Positions 1 through 13,554 of a stretch of 64,000 bases of DNA are shown here, one piece after another. The position numbers and the translations under genes are program-made. The DNA is taken from contig NC_057718.1 of the NCBI RefSeq assembly GCF_004010195.1, forward strand, positions 75,213,859 to 75,277,858, read 5' to 3'. Source of the DNA: Chiloscyllium plagiosum (lineage: Eukaryota). Below the pieces are notes generated by a model. That model had not been told where the DNA came from and did not search any database. It saw nothing but the letters and a program-made list of their open reading frames with translations. The first letter of the stretch is position 1, and each line of letters starts with the position of its first letter.

Positions 1-19
1 ACACGCTCATGGGGAGGTT

Positions 20-2070
20 TGATAATGTTATTGGGTAGGTTTAAATTGAATTGGCAATCCTGACAAGTCATTCAGAGAAAAGAGAAGCTGGGATGGAATT
101 AGAAGTTAAAATCTGAGTATTTGAGTCTACAGGCAGAGGAAATATAGACTAGATAAGAAACAAGTGAGTTTAGCAAGGCTAAATATATTTAATTGCAAGG
201 AACCGAAGGAATAAGATAGATGAGCTGAGGGTACAGAGAAGCACATGGGAGTACGATTTCATAGTTGTGACTGAGACTTGGCTGCAAGATGGGTAGCATT
301 GCCAGCTCAATATTCCTAGCTATAAAGTATTCAGACACAATAGAGAAGGGAATAAAAGAGGAGGGATGAGCTCTCAATACAGCAGTGAGGAGGGATGATA
401 TCTTGCAAGAATCAATGTGCTCATAACAGGAGAAATAAAATGCACTAAATTGACCAACACCCTACTGGATATGCAGTATAGTCCCCAGACAGTCATGGAG
501 TGATAAAGTATCAAATGTATAATAACATTTCACAGAAGTATAAGAATAATAAGGCAGTGATAGTTGGGGACTTCAGCTGACAGATATTAACTGAATCGTT
601 TTAGTGCAAAGGAACAAAATTTTTAAATTGTAAAGAGGAGAAGCTTGTTCAGCTAGTACAAAGATGGGTGGCACGGTGGCTCAATGGTTAGCACTGCTGC
701 CTCACAGTGTCAGGGACCCAGGTTCAATTCCCGCCTCGGGCACCTGTCTGTGTGGAGTTTGCATGTTCTCCCTCTGTCTGCATGGGTTTCTTCCCACAGT
801 CCAAAGATGTGTAGGTTAGGTGAGTTGGCCATGCTAAATTGCCCATAGTTTTGAGGTAAATGTAGGGGAATGTGTATGGGTGGGTTGATCTTCAGAGGGT
901 CAGTGTGGACTTGTTGGGCCAAAGGGCCTGTTTCCATACTGTAGGGAATCTAATCAAAGAGAGACACAAATTAGTTGGGCTTAGTTAGCAATGATTTGTA
1001 AAGTTTGATAAACTTTTTTGTGGAAATAATGAGGTATGTTGATGAGAGAAATGCATACAATATGATCTTTTGATAAGATCCCTCATGACAGATGGATCAA
1101 AAAAGTAAGAGTTCTTAGGATCCAAGGCAAAGTGACATGTTGGATGAAAAATTGGCTGAGAGCCAGGATGAGAAAGCGACAGTAGTGGGATATAACTGTG
1201 ACTGGAAATTTGTTTCCAGAGGGACGCCTCAGGGCTTGGTGCTGGGAATCTTGTTGCTTGCAGTGAGTAACTGAAGGGCCTGTTACCGTACTCTATGACT
1301 TTATGACTCTATTTAGACTTAAATATAAGAGTGAATAATCAAGACATTAATGGATATCAATGAACTGGTCAACTGGGCAGAACAGTGGCAAATGCAATTT
1401 GACTCAAAAAGGTGTGAGTTTACATTATTGTAGAGGGCTAACAAGGCAATAGATTACACTGGAACTGGTACAAGCCAGGAAACTATTGAAGATCCATGGG
1501 ACCTTGGTGTGCCTATGCATCGATCCCTGAAAGTAGGGTAGGTAGATAAGGTAATTCTGAAGGTATTCTTGTCATTATTAGCTGAGGCATCAAGATGGTT
1601 ATTCTGGAACAGGATGTGATAACATAAGAAAAGGTGCAGAGAAGATCTACCAGGATGCTGCCTGAGCCCCAAACTATGAGGTAAGATTGGGTGAATTGGA
1701 GTTGTTTGCCTTGAAACAAAAATGTTGAGAGGGAAGCTGACAGAGGTGTATAAAATTATGAGGAAGCGTAGATATGGTGGATAGGAAGGCTTTTTTAATT
1801 TAGTCGAGGGGTCAATAACCAGGTGCTATGGATTCAAGAGAAGAAATAGAGGCCAAGAGGAGAGTTGAGAAATATTTTTCACCCAGATGGTGTGGGAGTG
1901 TGGAACTCAATTCTTGAAAGGGTGGTTGAGTCAGAACATTGAAGCAATATTTAGACATTCATTTATGTTCTGAAAGCCTCCAGACAAATTGTTATTTGTG
2001 TAGTCTGAGCTTTGTTGACTGACATAGACACAATAGGCCAAATGGCCTCTTCCTCTGTTATGAAGGTCTA
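20..2070 (+). mobile_element. Degenerate CR1-group LINE (endonuclease to RT to 3' UTR), interrupted by a SINE
   Basis: Decayed APE-endonuclease motifs (YLIARN.RNKIDELR ~185-230, VTETWL ~267, VGDF ~563), RT-like pieces (FDKIPH, GIKMVILEQD, VYKIMR) and a CR1-type 3' tail near 2035-2070. Many stops and frameshifts. Confidence 0.8.
666..955 (+). mobile_element. HE1-type tRNA-derived V-SINE
   Basis: A box (tggctcaatgg), B box (ggttcaattcc), V-domain core tgtgtggagtttgcatgttctcc, 3' end gggccaaagggcctgtttcc. Possible 6-bp TSD caaaga (659-664 / 955-960). Confidence 0.9.
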
Positions 2071-2089
2071 TGGCTTTATCTGCTTGTGA

Positions 2090-2720
2090 AGAACAAAGAA
2101 CAGTCCAGCACAGGAACAGGCTCTTCGGCTCACCAAGCCTATGCCTTTCCAAACTAAAAATCTTTTGCCTTTATGTAGTCTGCATCACTCTATTCCCTGT
2201 TTACTAACGTATTTATCAAACCTCTTAAATGTTACCATTGCATCTGCCTCCACCACCTCTTCTGGCAGCAGATTCCAGACACTTACCCAATCTCTGTATA
2301 AATAAATTGCCTCTCACACCTTCTTTAAACTTACCCCCTTTTACCTTACACTTACAACCCTAGTGTTTCTACCCTAGGATAAAAGGACTTCGACTATAAA
2401 TTCTACCCATACCTCATATTTTCATTAACTTCTATCAGTTCACCCTCGTTCTTGACATTCAAGTGAAAACAAATCAACTTTGTCCAGTCTCTTCCCATAG
2501 CTAACACTATCCAAACCAGGCCACATTGGGAATACATTTCTGTACCCTTTCCAAAGCTTCCACTACCTCTTGTACTGTGATGACAAGAATCAGACACAGT
2601 ATTCCAAATGTGGTCTAACTAAAGTTGTATGCAGATGCAACATGACTTGCTAATTTTTATACTCACTGCCCCAATCAATAAAGGCATATGCCTTCTTGAC
2701 CACATTATCCACTTTTGCTT
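2090..2720 (-). mobile_element. CR1-group LINE 3' fragment
   Basis: The reverse strand gives CR1 ORF2 C-terminal pieces (LVRPHLEYCV, GELIEVNENMRY) and a 3' tail. Confidence 0.75.
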
Positions 2721-2914
2721 GTTCAGCTTTTTAAAGGGTTAAGACCTGTTGTTAATAACTTGACCCAGTATATCCTTTTCATTTTACACACCAATTGCTT
2801 TCTAAAGGAAGACTTTGTGTGCTCCAATTAATACAATAGGATGCTTCATATATTGAAGTGTAATGCAAACTTCACATAACATTGTAAAACCAAAGTCTGA
2901 CAAAATATATGACA

Positions 2915-4300
2915 GAAAGTGCTGAAAATACTTAACAGGTCAAACAGTATCAAAGAAGATAAAAACATTTTGAATTGAATTAAAATTTTCTTCAGAATTG
3001 AACAACAGTAGGGATGTAATGAATTGTATTCTATTGAAAGGTGAGGAACAAGAAAAGAGAAGGTATTGATTAGGCTAAAGGATGGAGAGACTAAATGACA
3101 AAGATGTCAGAGAATAGAAGGCAAATGTTCTATATTGCTTCTATAGAACATAGAACAGTACAGCATAGGAACAGGGCCTTAGCCCACCCTGAATGCACTG
3201 ACTTTGATCCCATTCTAAACCAATCCCATCTGCCTGTACATTTCCATATCCCTCTATTTCCTGCCTGTTCATGTGTCTGTCTAATGCTTCTTATATGTGC
3301 ATCTACCACCTCCTTCTGTGTTAAAAACTTGTCTTGCACATCTCCTTTAAACTTTCTCCTCTCACCTTAAACCTATCCTCTCTCGTAGTTGACATTTCCA
3401 TCCTGGGAAAAGAAATCTGAATAGCTGTCCTATCCATTCCTCTCATAATTTTACATTCATCTATCAGGTCACCTCTATGCTGCCAATTAACCTGTGAAAG
3501 CAATCCAAGTTTATCCAAAGTCTCCTTAAAACTAATATACTCCAATTTAGTATATTACTGGGTAAACCTCTTTTGCACCCTCTTCAAAGCTTCCACATCC
3601 TTCCTATGGTGTGGTGACTAGAACTGTACACAATACTCCAAATATAGCTTAACTAAAGTTTCATACAGCTGCAGCATGATTTGCCAACTTTTATCTTCAA
3701 TGCCCTGACCAATGAAGGCAAACATGCTGAAGCCTTTCTTTATCCCATTTCATTGCAACTTTTTGGGAGCTGTAGACTTCCATCCCAAGACCCCTCTGTA
3801 TATCAATGGGTTCTGCCATTTACTGTATACATTCTTCTTGAGTATGAACTCCCAAAATGCATCACATCAGGCTTGCACACTTGTAGTAAAGAAACAAAAC
3901 ATTTTATCCAGAATGTGTGTGAATGGCAGTAATGAACAGCTGAGTCAGAAAGCAAAATCATGAAAGAAATGTTCAGATTGACAAATGGCAAAAAAAAACA
4001 CAATGGCAAGTGTTCATGGCCTGTAATTGCTAACCTCAATGTTGAAGTACACAGGCAGTAAAGGGCCTAGAGGGAAATGAGGTACTGATCCTTAGGCTTG
4101 TATTGAGCTTCATTGAAATATTGCAGCACATCAAGGACCAATATGTGAGTTTGAAAGCAAGGTGGTGAATTAGAATGGCAAACATAGGAAGCTTGGGTTG
4201 ATGCTAACAGGCTGAGCAAAAACATTCCTGTTACCCAATATGTGCTTCATCTCACCAAGGTAGGAGGTTGCAATGTGTTACAACTATTTAATGAGATGTG
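2915..4300 (-). mobile_element. Old Penelope-like element 3' portion, split by a LINE insertion
   Basis: Decayed pLTR-like end at 2915-3000. Sequence at 4030-4300 resembles the GIY-YIG-end region of younger PLE copies in this window (e.g. 56820-57070). Confidence 0.5.
3143..3870 (-). mobile_element. CR1-group LINE 3' fragment
   Basis: ORF 3321-3545 (LDKLGLLS...RGDLIDECKIMRGMDR) and a tagaaca repeat tail. Confidence 0.8.
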
Positions 4301-4329
4301 GACTTAACTGAAAGACCTAGTTTTTGTTG

Positions 4330-5120
4330 TCAATTTATTATAGTCCTTGCAACAATCATGGTGACCTGTTCTCTTGAACTGCTGCTATCCAACTGGTGCT
4401 GCACTACCCATGTTGCTGCTAAGAAGGGTATCCCAGAACTTTGGCCCAGTGACAGTGAAGAGGTGATATAATTCCAAATCTGGATAGTATTACACTGTTT
4501 GGAAACTTGCTGTTAGTGATATTCCCAGACATCTATTCCCTATGTTCTACTAGATGAAAAAAGTCATGGGTTTGGAAGGTGCTGTACAATGAGCATTGAC
4601 AAGTTACTGCAGTGCATTTTGTATACAGTACATACTGCTATTGTGCATCAATGATGGGAGGAGTTAATTTTTAAGTTAGGGCCTATAGGGTCTTAAAATG
4701 GTGACAGGATATCAGAATTCCTAGCCACTGAATTGCTCCTGCAGCCACAGTGTTTAGATGGCTGGTCCAGTTCGATTTCTTTTCCATTGTGACCTTCAAG
4801 GATGTTGATATTTGGGAATTCAATGATATTTATACCTTTGAACTTCAAGGGGTGATGCTTAGATTCTCACTGGTTGAATATTCTCACTGATTGAATTTGT
4901 CATTACCTGGCACCTGCGTGGCAAGAATGTTACTTGTGACTTGTCAACCATATCTTGCTGCATTTTGGCACGGATTGCTTCAGTATCTGAGGAGCTGTAA
5001 ATGATGCTGAACATTTTTCAGTCATCATAGAAAGAATGCCCTCGGTGAAGTGTGTAGCGATATTTGCACCAAAAACACTACCATGAGGAACTCCTGCAGT
5101 GATGTCCTCAGGCTAGATAC
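4330..5120 (-). mobile_element. Second non-LTR LINE family (CR1/L2 group) fragment
   Basis: Collinear similarity to 8400-9260 in this window (ttcttgaac..., catgggtttggaagg, gaatgttacttg..., gcttcagtatctgagg). Confidence 0.65.
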
Positions 5121-5449
5121 AAAGGCCTGTTAATTCCAAGCTGCAAATCTGATAAAACCTTTGTGCGCATGACCTGTGAAGATGTATCAATGCCCTTTGA
5201 CAAAAGTATAAACTCATTGTAAAACTTTCAAACTGCTCACACAAACACTGTAAAGGCAGATGTTATTCTTCTCACCTATAACTTGGATGCCTAGTGCTAA
5301 ATAAATACCAACAGTGGGTGTTTCATTTGTAGCTGAACTAATGCCCACCTTTGAGTGACAAGTAGAAGTGCTCAATAGACTTGTATGATCAGTGTATACA
5401 AAGCAACAGCACATCAACCAGAATGACTGTTGTATATCACAATCTGGCT

Positions 5450-6300
5450 TAATGATTTACATGTTAGTCAATGCATGGGACATCCACATGCGAGAAGGCC
5501 TCCAGTTTTTGTAGCACCAACTAGAGATATACTTCAGAGCTGAAAATTTAAAAAATATATGAAATGCTTTCTTGTTTGTACAACACCAGAATGTATTTGG
5601 TCATTGCAGCAGCATTATCAGTGTGGACTCCAATGTAATTATTGAAATGGTTTCTGCTGAAGTCATGTAACATTTAACATTTTGAAGATAACATCCAACT
5701 TTGTAAGTTTCTTGAGTGTTTTTTTTTTACAAAATATGAAGTCTTTTTATATCATCATTCCACACATACTGAACATTCAGAGGTAAATAGGACAATTCGA
5801 GAAAAGTTTGAATTTATCAAGTTCTATAGTAAAGTCATTGCCTCACAGCTAATCAATGCACTGCAAACCATTTCTTCTGACATTAAATCAATCTGTTCTT
5901 TATCTGTGTCTTTTGACAATGGTATTTTTTCCAGTGTCTTGACCTTCTGCAGTCCCAACATTTCCCTTATGAGTTCAATGCCACACAGTATTATCAACAC
6001 CTCAGCAAGTGAATGCAATTATTTTGCTTTAACAATTTTCTGTGGTGCTCAGTAGGATGAGTCGTCAAGCTTTTTATCACTGATTGTTGTAGATTTCATT
6101 AGGGATCAGTTTCATAAACTTTCACTCAAAAAATATTTCATTCCTGGGAATTAAATTCTTTATGTTGGGGTTTCATTGATTCATTGGCCAGTGCTTATGC
6201 ACAATTTTCACACTGCAGTTAAAGTATATATTTATTTCATGTGAATATAAAACCAAAATTGATATCCTTATATATCCTCATTTTGCAGGGTTAATATTTT
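5450..6300 (-). pseudogene. Fossil hAT (Charlie/Buster, ZBED5/ZBED8-like) transposase fragment
   Basis: The reverse strand reads INFGF...QCENCA*ALANESMKP (~6265-6165) and HSLAEVLIILCGIELIREMLG..KTLEKIPLSKDT..QIDLMSE (6018-5860). These match the Buster motifs FGF..C..C..L.NE.MKP and H..AE.LI....L..IPLS..T...I..M. Confidence 0.75.
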
Positions 6301-6636
6301 TCATCACACCACCAGCTTCATGCTCTTTTCCAATCTTTATGGTTGAAATTGATGAAGGAAGTTCTGTATTATTGTTTTCTTGATTTTGTTTCCTTGAACA
6401 CAATGTTTGCATTAAAAATTTATCTGTCTAACATTTATTGTGTATATTTTCATTAGCTTTTCCTGCTGTTTCTCGTTTTTACTTACACCAAGACGGCTGT
6501 TTAATAGTTTTAGTAAAGGAGAATTTATTAAGTGCAAAACTTACGAGCTGTGCCCACTGATACCCATAACCTGTTCCACTCTTGAACCATTTGCCTTACA
6601 GCAAATCAGTCAGGTGTAATAAGAGCAATACAATAA

Positions 6637-6725
6637 GAAAAAAACTGTTGGAAAAGCTCAGCAGATAAGGTAGCAGCTGTGGAAAGAAACTGTGTTAATG
6701 TTTCAGATTGATGGTTTTTCATCAG
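6637..6725 (-). mobile_element. PLE pLTR fragment (family C) with a degenerate hammerhead core
   Basis: Reverse strand ctgatgaaaaaccatcaatctgaaacattaac. Similar to 63680-63780. Confidence 0.55.
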
Positions 6726-6919
6726 TACTACACATGTGGCATGAAACATGAGACAAGGAGGGTCATTGGCCTTTTTTCTACTTTACCAAGTAGATGCTGG
6801 TGTTACAGCCGTGCAGGAACAGTATGAATAGGGGTGCAAAAACATAGAGTTCAACAACATTTTATACGTTAAAGGAAAGGAGTTAAAGAGTATTACAGCC
6901 AACAATAGTATATTGTAGT

Positions 6920-7198
6920 GTGGGAACAATGGTAGCCAATTTAGGCAAAAGTACTGTATTATACCCAGCTATTCAGCTTTTTAGTTAATATTGTTCAAGA
7001 TATAGTATTGGCCAGGCCACTGAGTCGTACTCCCCAGGTATTCTTCATTTAACACTGTTGGGTTTTAGTTTAACACCTCAACTGAAAGATGGCATCTGTG
7101 ACAATGCAACATTTCTTCCATCTTGCATTGGAATTCAGCTTGATTTTAAAACTACAACTTATTTGAGAAAGTGATTTCAGCTGAGTCCTGGCTAACAC
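6920..7198 (-). mobile_element. Degenerate SacSINE1/DeuSINE-like SINE
   Basis: Contains gtagccaattt, tattggccagg, tttaacacctcaactgaaagatggcatctgtgacaatgca and ctgagtc..gctaacac, in the order expected for the reverse of the AmnSINE1/SacSINE1 consensus as I recall it. Confidence 0.65.
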
Positions 7199-7284
7199 AA
7201 AGATACTGATAGCTAAGCAGTTGTGTTAGATCTAACCTTTTTCAAATTTGTGGCACCTAACAGTTGCTATTCAGCAATTCTTTG

Positions 7285-7400
7285 TCTGAAAAAGGGTCGT
7301 TGGACCCAAAATATTAACTCTGGCCACTCTCCACAGAAGCTGCCAGACTTGCTGAGTTCTTCCAGCAACTTCTGTTTTTGTTCCTGATTTCCAGCAGCCG
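7285..7400 (+). mobile_element. PLE pLTR (family C) with a decayed hammerhead core
   Basis: ctgaaaaagggtcgttggacccaaaatattaactc...ctccacagaagctgccagacttgctgag. Reverse-complement similarity to 63680-63780. Confidence 0.7.
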
Positions 7401-8329
7401 CAGTTTGTTTGGTTTTTTGTTTAACGGTTCTTTGTTAGTGATTCTTTGGATGAATTAGAAAGCAGACTTTCAGAAATTGGTTATTTCCTTTTCAATGAAC
7501 ATCAAAAAATGAAGAATTTGTGGTAGAATGATATCTTCTGTGTAACAACAACTGATGTAAAACATTCATTTTCTTCCTTCACATGTGAGAAGAAAATAGG
7601 CGCAAAATGATTCATACTTAATATGATAAAATATCCTTCTACCTCCATGGAATTTAACTTTATATGAAAATGATTTATGAATATTCAGTTCTTCTTGGTA
7701 CAGCATTTATAAATAAGGTATTCACAGAAGATTTATTTGCACACGTTAGAAAACCTGATTCTTTGCTGTGTTATACAATCAGTAAGTACTTTACAATGAC
7801 CACTTGAATTACTGCAATACATCAAACAAAGCCAAGTATCATAAGTGATGCATAAGCATGCCCTGCAAAAAAGGAATCCATGAGTAGGGTATTAAATAAT
7901 AATTTGAATATTTGCAGAGTTATTGTAATGAAAGTAAAGCAAACTTCAGGTATAATTTAGAATCCTGCAGGGAAGGAATAAGTCCAACTACGAAGTACAA
8001 GTTAGGAATAGCAAACTTTTACAAGCTAATTTCAATGCTGAAAACAATAAACGTCAAGTCAAAAAATATTGTGGTTATATGGGTTAATGCAAATGAGATT
8101 ACTGTAAATCTGAAATCCAATGATTAACATTATAATGCAGATTTCTGAGCAAGACCAATAGCAAGAATACGACTGCAGAAATCCAGTTTGTATGTTTCAT
8201 CTCTGCAAATCATGATGGATTTAAGAGGAAGAACAGTACAGTTCAGTAATGCAATAGCAGAACTATGTGCGGCAGTCATAGCTGTAAAATAGATGAGGCA
8301 TTAATTAGAGCTTGAATCTACCACTTTTT

Positions 8330-10560
8330 AAAAATTTATTCTCATGATGTGAGCACCAAATGTTAGGCCAGCACTTGTTACCCATCCATATTTGCCTCAG
8401 ACAAGTGGTGGTAAGCTGTGTTCTTGAACCGTGACAGTCCACACATCTGCAACAGTGAAAGATTGATAAGATTCCAAGTCAGGATGGTGAGCAACTTGGA
8501 AGGGAATTTGCAGGAGGTGGCACCATATTCTCATATACTTGCTGCCTTTGTCCTTCATGATGGGAGAGGGCATGGGTTTGGAAAGTACTGTCAAACATGT
8601 CTTGATGAGGTTTTACAATACATCTTGTAGATGGCGCACACTTCTGTCACCATGCATTCAATGGTGAAGGAAGTGAAAGTTTGAGGATGTGGTGGATGTT
8701 ACTGTTCTGTCCTAGGTGTTGTGAAGCTTTTTATGTATTGGATATGCATTGTCCTGGCCACTGAAGAGTATTTCTTCACACGCCAATTTGAATCTTGTAA
8801 ATGGAGAACATACTTCTAAATTACTTGTGCAGAACTTCCAGCCTCTGACCTGTCTTGTATTCACAGTACTTATATGGCTGGCCTTGTTTAGTTTGAATTC
8901 AAAGGTAATTCACAAGATATTGACAATGGAAGATTCAGTGATAGTAATGCCATTGAAAATCAAAGGGAGATGATAGATTCTCTTTTGTTGAACATGGGAA
9001 ATGGTTTGCCATTTGTGTGACCCGAATGTTACTTGACACTTATAAACTCAAGCCTGAATGTTGCTCAAACCTTGTTGCATTTGGACACACCTTGCTTCAG
9101 CATCCGAAGGGTCACAATTGGTGTTGAATGTTGTGAAATCATCAGAGAACATCCCCATTTCTGACCTTATAATGATTGAATGTGAGTGGTGAAGCGGTTG
9201 AAGGTGGTTGGGGCAAGGATGCATCCCTGATGTACTCCAGCAGAGATGTCCTGGAGCTGAGATGATTGACCTCTAAGAAACACTAACATCTTCCTTTGTG
9301 TCAGGTATGACCTCAATCACAGAGAGTTTTCCCAGATTCCCATGACTCCAGTTTTGCTCAGGTACCTTGCTGCCAGAATCTGTCAGCAGCTGCCTGATAT
9401 AAAGGTGAAATCAGTCTCACTTCCCCTCATGAGTTCAGATATTTTGTCTATATTTGGATCAAGACTTTAGTAAGTTGAGGAGCTGACTGGAATCCAAACT
9501 AAACATTAATAAGGAGGTTATTGTTGAGTTAGTGCTGCTTGAAAACACTGTCAGTGACATATTATGTCACTTTACTGATGATTGAGAATAGACTGGCAAG
9601 GCAGTTATTGGTGGGTTGGACATGTTGAGCTTTTTTATGGACAGAATATAACTGGGAAATTTTGCACTTTGCTGGGTGGATACCAGTATTGGTGTGTTCA
9701 ACTGAAACATCACGGCTAGAGGCATGGCTGGTTCTGGAGCACAATTCTTCCTCCAGTTGGTTGTTTAATTGCTCACCATTGGATGGACTGCAGAGGATAG
9801 AGCTGATCCTTTGGTTTGAGATTGCTTAACTCGATCTACTGCATGCTGATTATGGCATACAGGTAATGCTGTTTTGTAGCTTTACCAGGTTGGCACCTAA
9901 TTTTTACAAATGTCTAGTACTGCTTCTGACAAGCCTTCATGCAATTTTCATTGAACCAGAGTTAGTCACCCATCTTGAAAGTAATGTTAAAGTGGAGAAT
10001 AGACCAGGTCATAAGGCTAAAGATTTTAGTTGAATACAGTTCTGCTCCAACTAATGGCCCAAAACTTTTCAGGAATACTCAATTTGAGTTGCTAGATAAT
10101 CTATTAATAATTGTTAATAGATTATTTAGCAACTCAAATAATAAGTTCATAATATATTAAGGCTTCCTTCAGTTGGTGTTAAACATGGAGGAGAACTGAT
10201 TCATTAGCTGAGGTTAGGAGGTGGAGTAAGACAGGAGTCAGCAGGAGGTTTCCTTGCCAGACATTTGAACTGATGCCATAAGACTTCATAGGCACCACTC
10301 TCCCAACTGTATACCACTGTGCTCTGATAGTGGGACAGAAAATATCCAGGGATGGTGATGGTTGTATCACGACATTGTCTGTAAGGTATGTTTCATGAAA
10401 ATGACTTTATCAGGCTGTTGTTTGACTTTTTTGTGGGTCAGACCTCATTTGACATGAGGCCCCAGATGTTGGTAAGGTGAACTTTGCAGGGTCAAAGCTT
10501 TGTGTGTGACATTGACATTTTCAGCATCTTTTCCTTTTATTAACTTTGCAATAGTTAAAT
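8330..10560 (-). mobile_element. Second non-LTR LINE family (CR1/L2 group), long 3' fragment
   Basis: The 3' end at 8330-8430 is the reverse complement of the tail at 15815-15920 (gttcaagaa..gcagct..ccacc...taaatg...catccc). Decayed RT-like sequence follows. Confidence 0.7.
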
Positions 10561-10569
10561 GCAACTAAG

Positions 10570-11745
10570 GCACTGTTATTCAAGAAGGGATCAAGGAAAC
10601 TACAGACCAGTAAGTCTAACCTCAGTGGTGGGAAACTCTGAAAGCAATTCTGAGGGACAGAATTAATCTGCATTTGGAAAGAAAGGATTTAATCAATAAC
10701 AGTCATCATTGTTTTGTGCAGGCAAGGTGATGTCTGATTGACTTGATTGAATTTTTCAAACAGGTGACCAGGTGTGTCAAAGCAGGCAATGCTTTGGTGT
10801 CGTCTACTTAGACTTCAAAAAGGCTTTTGATACCAAATGTAACAGTTCATGGGATCTAAAGATACTTACCAAATTGGATCCACAATTGGCTGAGTGGCAG
10901 GGAGCAGAATGTGATGGTTGAGGTGTGTTTTTCCTTGGAAGTCTGTATTCAGTGGGGTCCCACACAGATCAGCGTTGGGACCCTTGATGTTATGGGAATG
11001 ATTTAGATGTGAACAGAGGAGGGTTGATTTGTAAGCTCTCAGATGATAGAAAAATTGGTGGGGTGATAAATAGTGAAGAGGATAGCCTTAGAATCATCTG
11101 ACCAGTCTTATAGTCTATCAGTGGCAGATAAGTTCAATTCTGCTAAACACGAGGTAATTCTCTTGGGCAGAAGGAAAAAGGCAAGGGAATACATGATGAA
11201 CAATGGGACCCTGGGAAGGTCTGGGGATCAGAGAGACATTGGTGTGCATGTATATACCAGTGCCTTAAGGTATCAGGATAAGTGGATAAAATGGTTCGGA
11301 AGACACATGGTATACTTGTCTTTATTAATGAAGCAAGAGTTTAAAAGTCGGGAGCTTATGTTGGAACTGTATAAAACATTGGTTATGCCAAAAGTATAGA
11401 ATTGTGTGCAGCTCTGGAACCCACATTATAGGAGGGATGTGATAGCACTGGAGAGGGTGCAGAGGAGATTTACCAGAATGTTGCCTGGGCTGGAGAGTTT
11501 CAGTTATGAGAAGAGATTGGACAGACTGGGATTTCTTTCTTTAGAGCAAAGGAGATTGAGAGGAAACATGACTGAGAAGTATAAAATTATGAGGAGCATA
11601 GATAGGGTAGACAGGAAGGAACATTTCCTCTTGATGGAGGCATCAATGACCAGGGGCATAGATTTAAGGTAAGAGGTGAAAGGTTTAGGGGTGATGGGAG
11701 GAAAGATTTTTTTCACCCAGAAAGTGTTAGGAATTTGGAACTTGG
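10570..11745 (+). mobile_element. CR1-group LINE RT fragment
   Basis: NYRPVSLTSVVG, VYLDFKKAFD and SGVPHRSALGP motifs, plus ORF 11406-11672 (ERVQRRFTRMLPGL..LGFLSLEQRRLRG). Confidence 0.9.
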
Positions 11746-12049
11746 TTGGAGGACTACCTCTGGGTCATTGCCCATCCCTGAATTTTGCTACTCTGAGAGC
11801 AATGAGTACGAGTTATAGTTTGTGTTCATTCAATTCATTGAAGACATTTGTTAAGGGTGACTGTGAGGAATAAGCATAGTTTTACATATACCTGATTATC
11901 AGAGTCATTGCTGGAGTTATGAATAAGTTGATTGGTGTGCCTGCATGGTATATTCAAATGAAAAAGTATATTTTGAAGTAGGCTTGAGCAGGCAGATTGA
12001 TGAAGTTGGAGTAATGCACATATCAGCATGTGGGGAATGAGCCATCATT

Positions 12050-12260
12050 ATCACCTTTTCTGCTCTGGTGAGGTCATTGAATCACTTCTTCTGTTGTATC
12101 CTGGAGAACTATATCTGAATCCTGCAGCTGACCTGCTCTGCAACCTCCAACACCTTCTTTGACTCCACTGTCAATCTATTCCCCTCATTAGTAGGTCCAT
12201 CACTGCTGCCACAGGGGCATTGCTGAAGTGGGATGTTAACCTTTCTCTGTCACTTAGCAA
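12050..12260 (-). pseudogene. Myb/SANT (trihelix) ORF remnant of a PIF/Harbinger-type element
   Basis: The reverse strand gives EVAEQVSC and QKK*FNDLTRAEK followed by gt, resembling the W..VA..V...QCRK.FNDL motif. Confidence 0.5.
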
Positions 12261-13554
12261 CAAATCAGTTGCTCATGACAACCAAGTTCTTTCAGTCTGC
12301 ATGTATGGAGTGTCACATATTTTGCAGTTGAACTTGTTTTGTGCCTGCTGCCATCAAGTCTACTGATGCTAACTGGATAGGAAACTCAGAAATAGTTCAT
12401 GTGAGAAAAGTCCAGTCAGATATATCTTGTTTGTGCTCTCGATCCCCACTGCTCCCAATAAATCTACACTTTAAACTCCACTGCAAGTTTTCACTCAGTG
12501 ATCATTTCTCCCTACCTTTCAGAGAAGGTAATATGAACAAACTTGGCTCAACAACTCTCATGATTTGTCTGTAAAAATTCCTTGTATCAAAAATTGTTAA
12601 ACTTCTGCTTGTGGAGATTGCCACTTCCTGCCAACTGGGACCACAAAGGGGTTATCAGCACAAAATTGTGGCAGGCAGAATCTGATCATAACTGCTAGCT
12701 CTTTACCCCTGAGATTTGTAAAGAGTACCAGGATACCTTGAGATAAAGAAAGCTGCAATACATGTGGAAGTTCTTTCTTTTCTAACATAATTCAAAAAAC
12801 AAAGTACCAACTTTGCTCTTTGCAAACTTGGCTTACTGATGGAAGCATTGGATTGCAAATTTACCACTGATTCTTCATTGATTATAGCATTAAGTTGGAC
12901 AGTCTTTTTATGGACATGGCAGTTTTATTTCTGCTGTGTCAGCTTTTCCAATAATATAGTATTGATCCTGCAGAAGAACAGCCAACTCTTAAAAGTATAG
13001 TGGAGCTAACTCACGAGGTAAGAATGAAAACTACAGTAAATTTGCTTAAAAGAAAAATAAATTTCAGGGCTTTAATGAAAGAGCATGGCAGTGGAACCAA
13101 TTGACTACCTCTTCCAAAAAGGCAACAGAGATGTGAAGAATTTGGATGGCCTTTTCCTGAGTTCTATCATTCAGTATACTGAATTTTGCTAACAGTATGC
13201 TATTCCCAAAACTGAAACCAGAAGTGCATATTACTTCTGCTTTCTCCCTTTTACCTTCTCCCACACTATTATAATTAAAAATCTAAGTGTAAACCCCATT
13301 TGGTTTTGCAGCAGGGAAGTTTTCCAATAATGAAAGTGCTGTGTCTATGGGTGGCAAATTAAAGAGCTGTCGGGTCAAATAGGGACGCTCTGCAACACTT
13401 TCTGCCCAACTCCATTTCCATTAATATAAGACATTAGAGCAAAAGGATGTATTCTTCAAATTTCAATTTCATTTGTGAATATTTCTCATTATGGTAATTT
13501 TACATAATTCTTGTGTGCATCTCATAATTTACTGAGACAACATGATGAGAGCCC

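Noticed and set aside
12517..12569. Minus-strand micro-exon (QIMRVVEPSLFILPSLK)
   Set aside because: Moderate splice signals only and no recognisable homology.
12974..13017. Plus-strand micro-exon (cag|...GAG|gtaaga; EQPTLKSIVELTHE)
   Set aside because: Good donor but poor polypyrimidine tract and no recognisable protein. Such pairs occur by chance in 64 kb.
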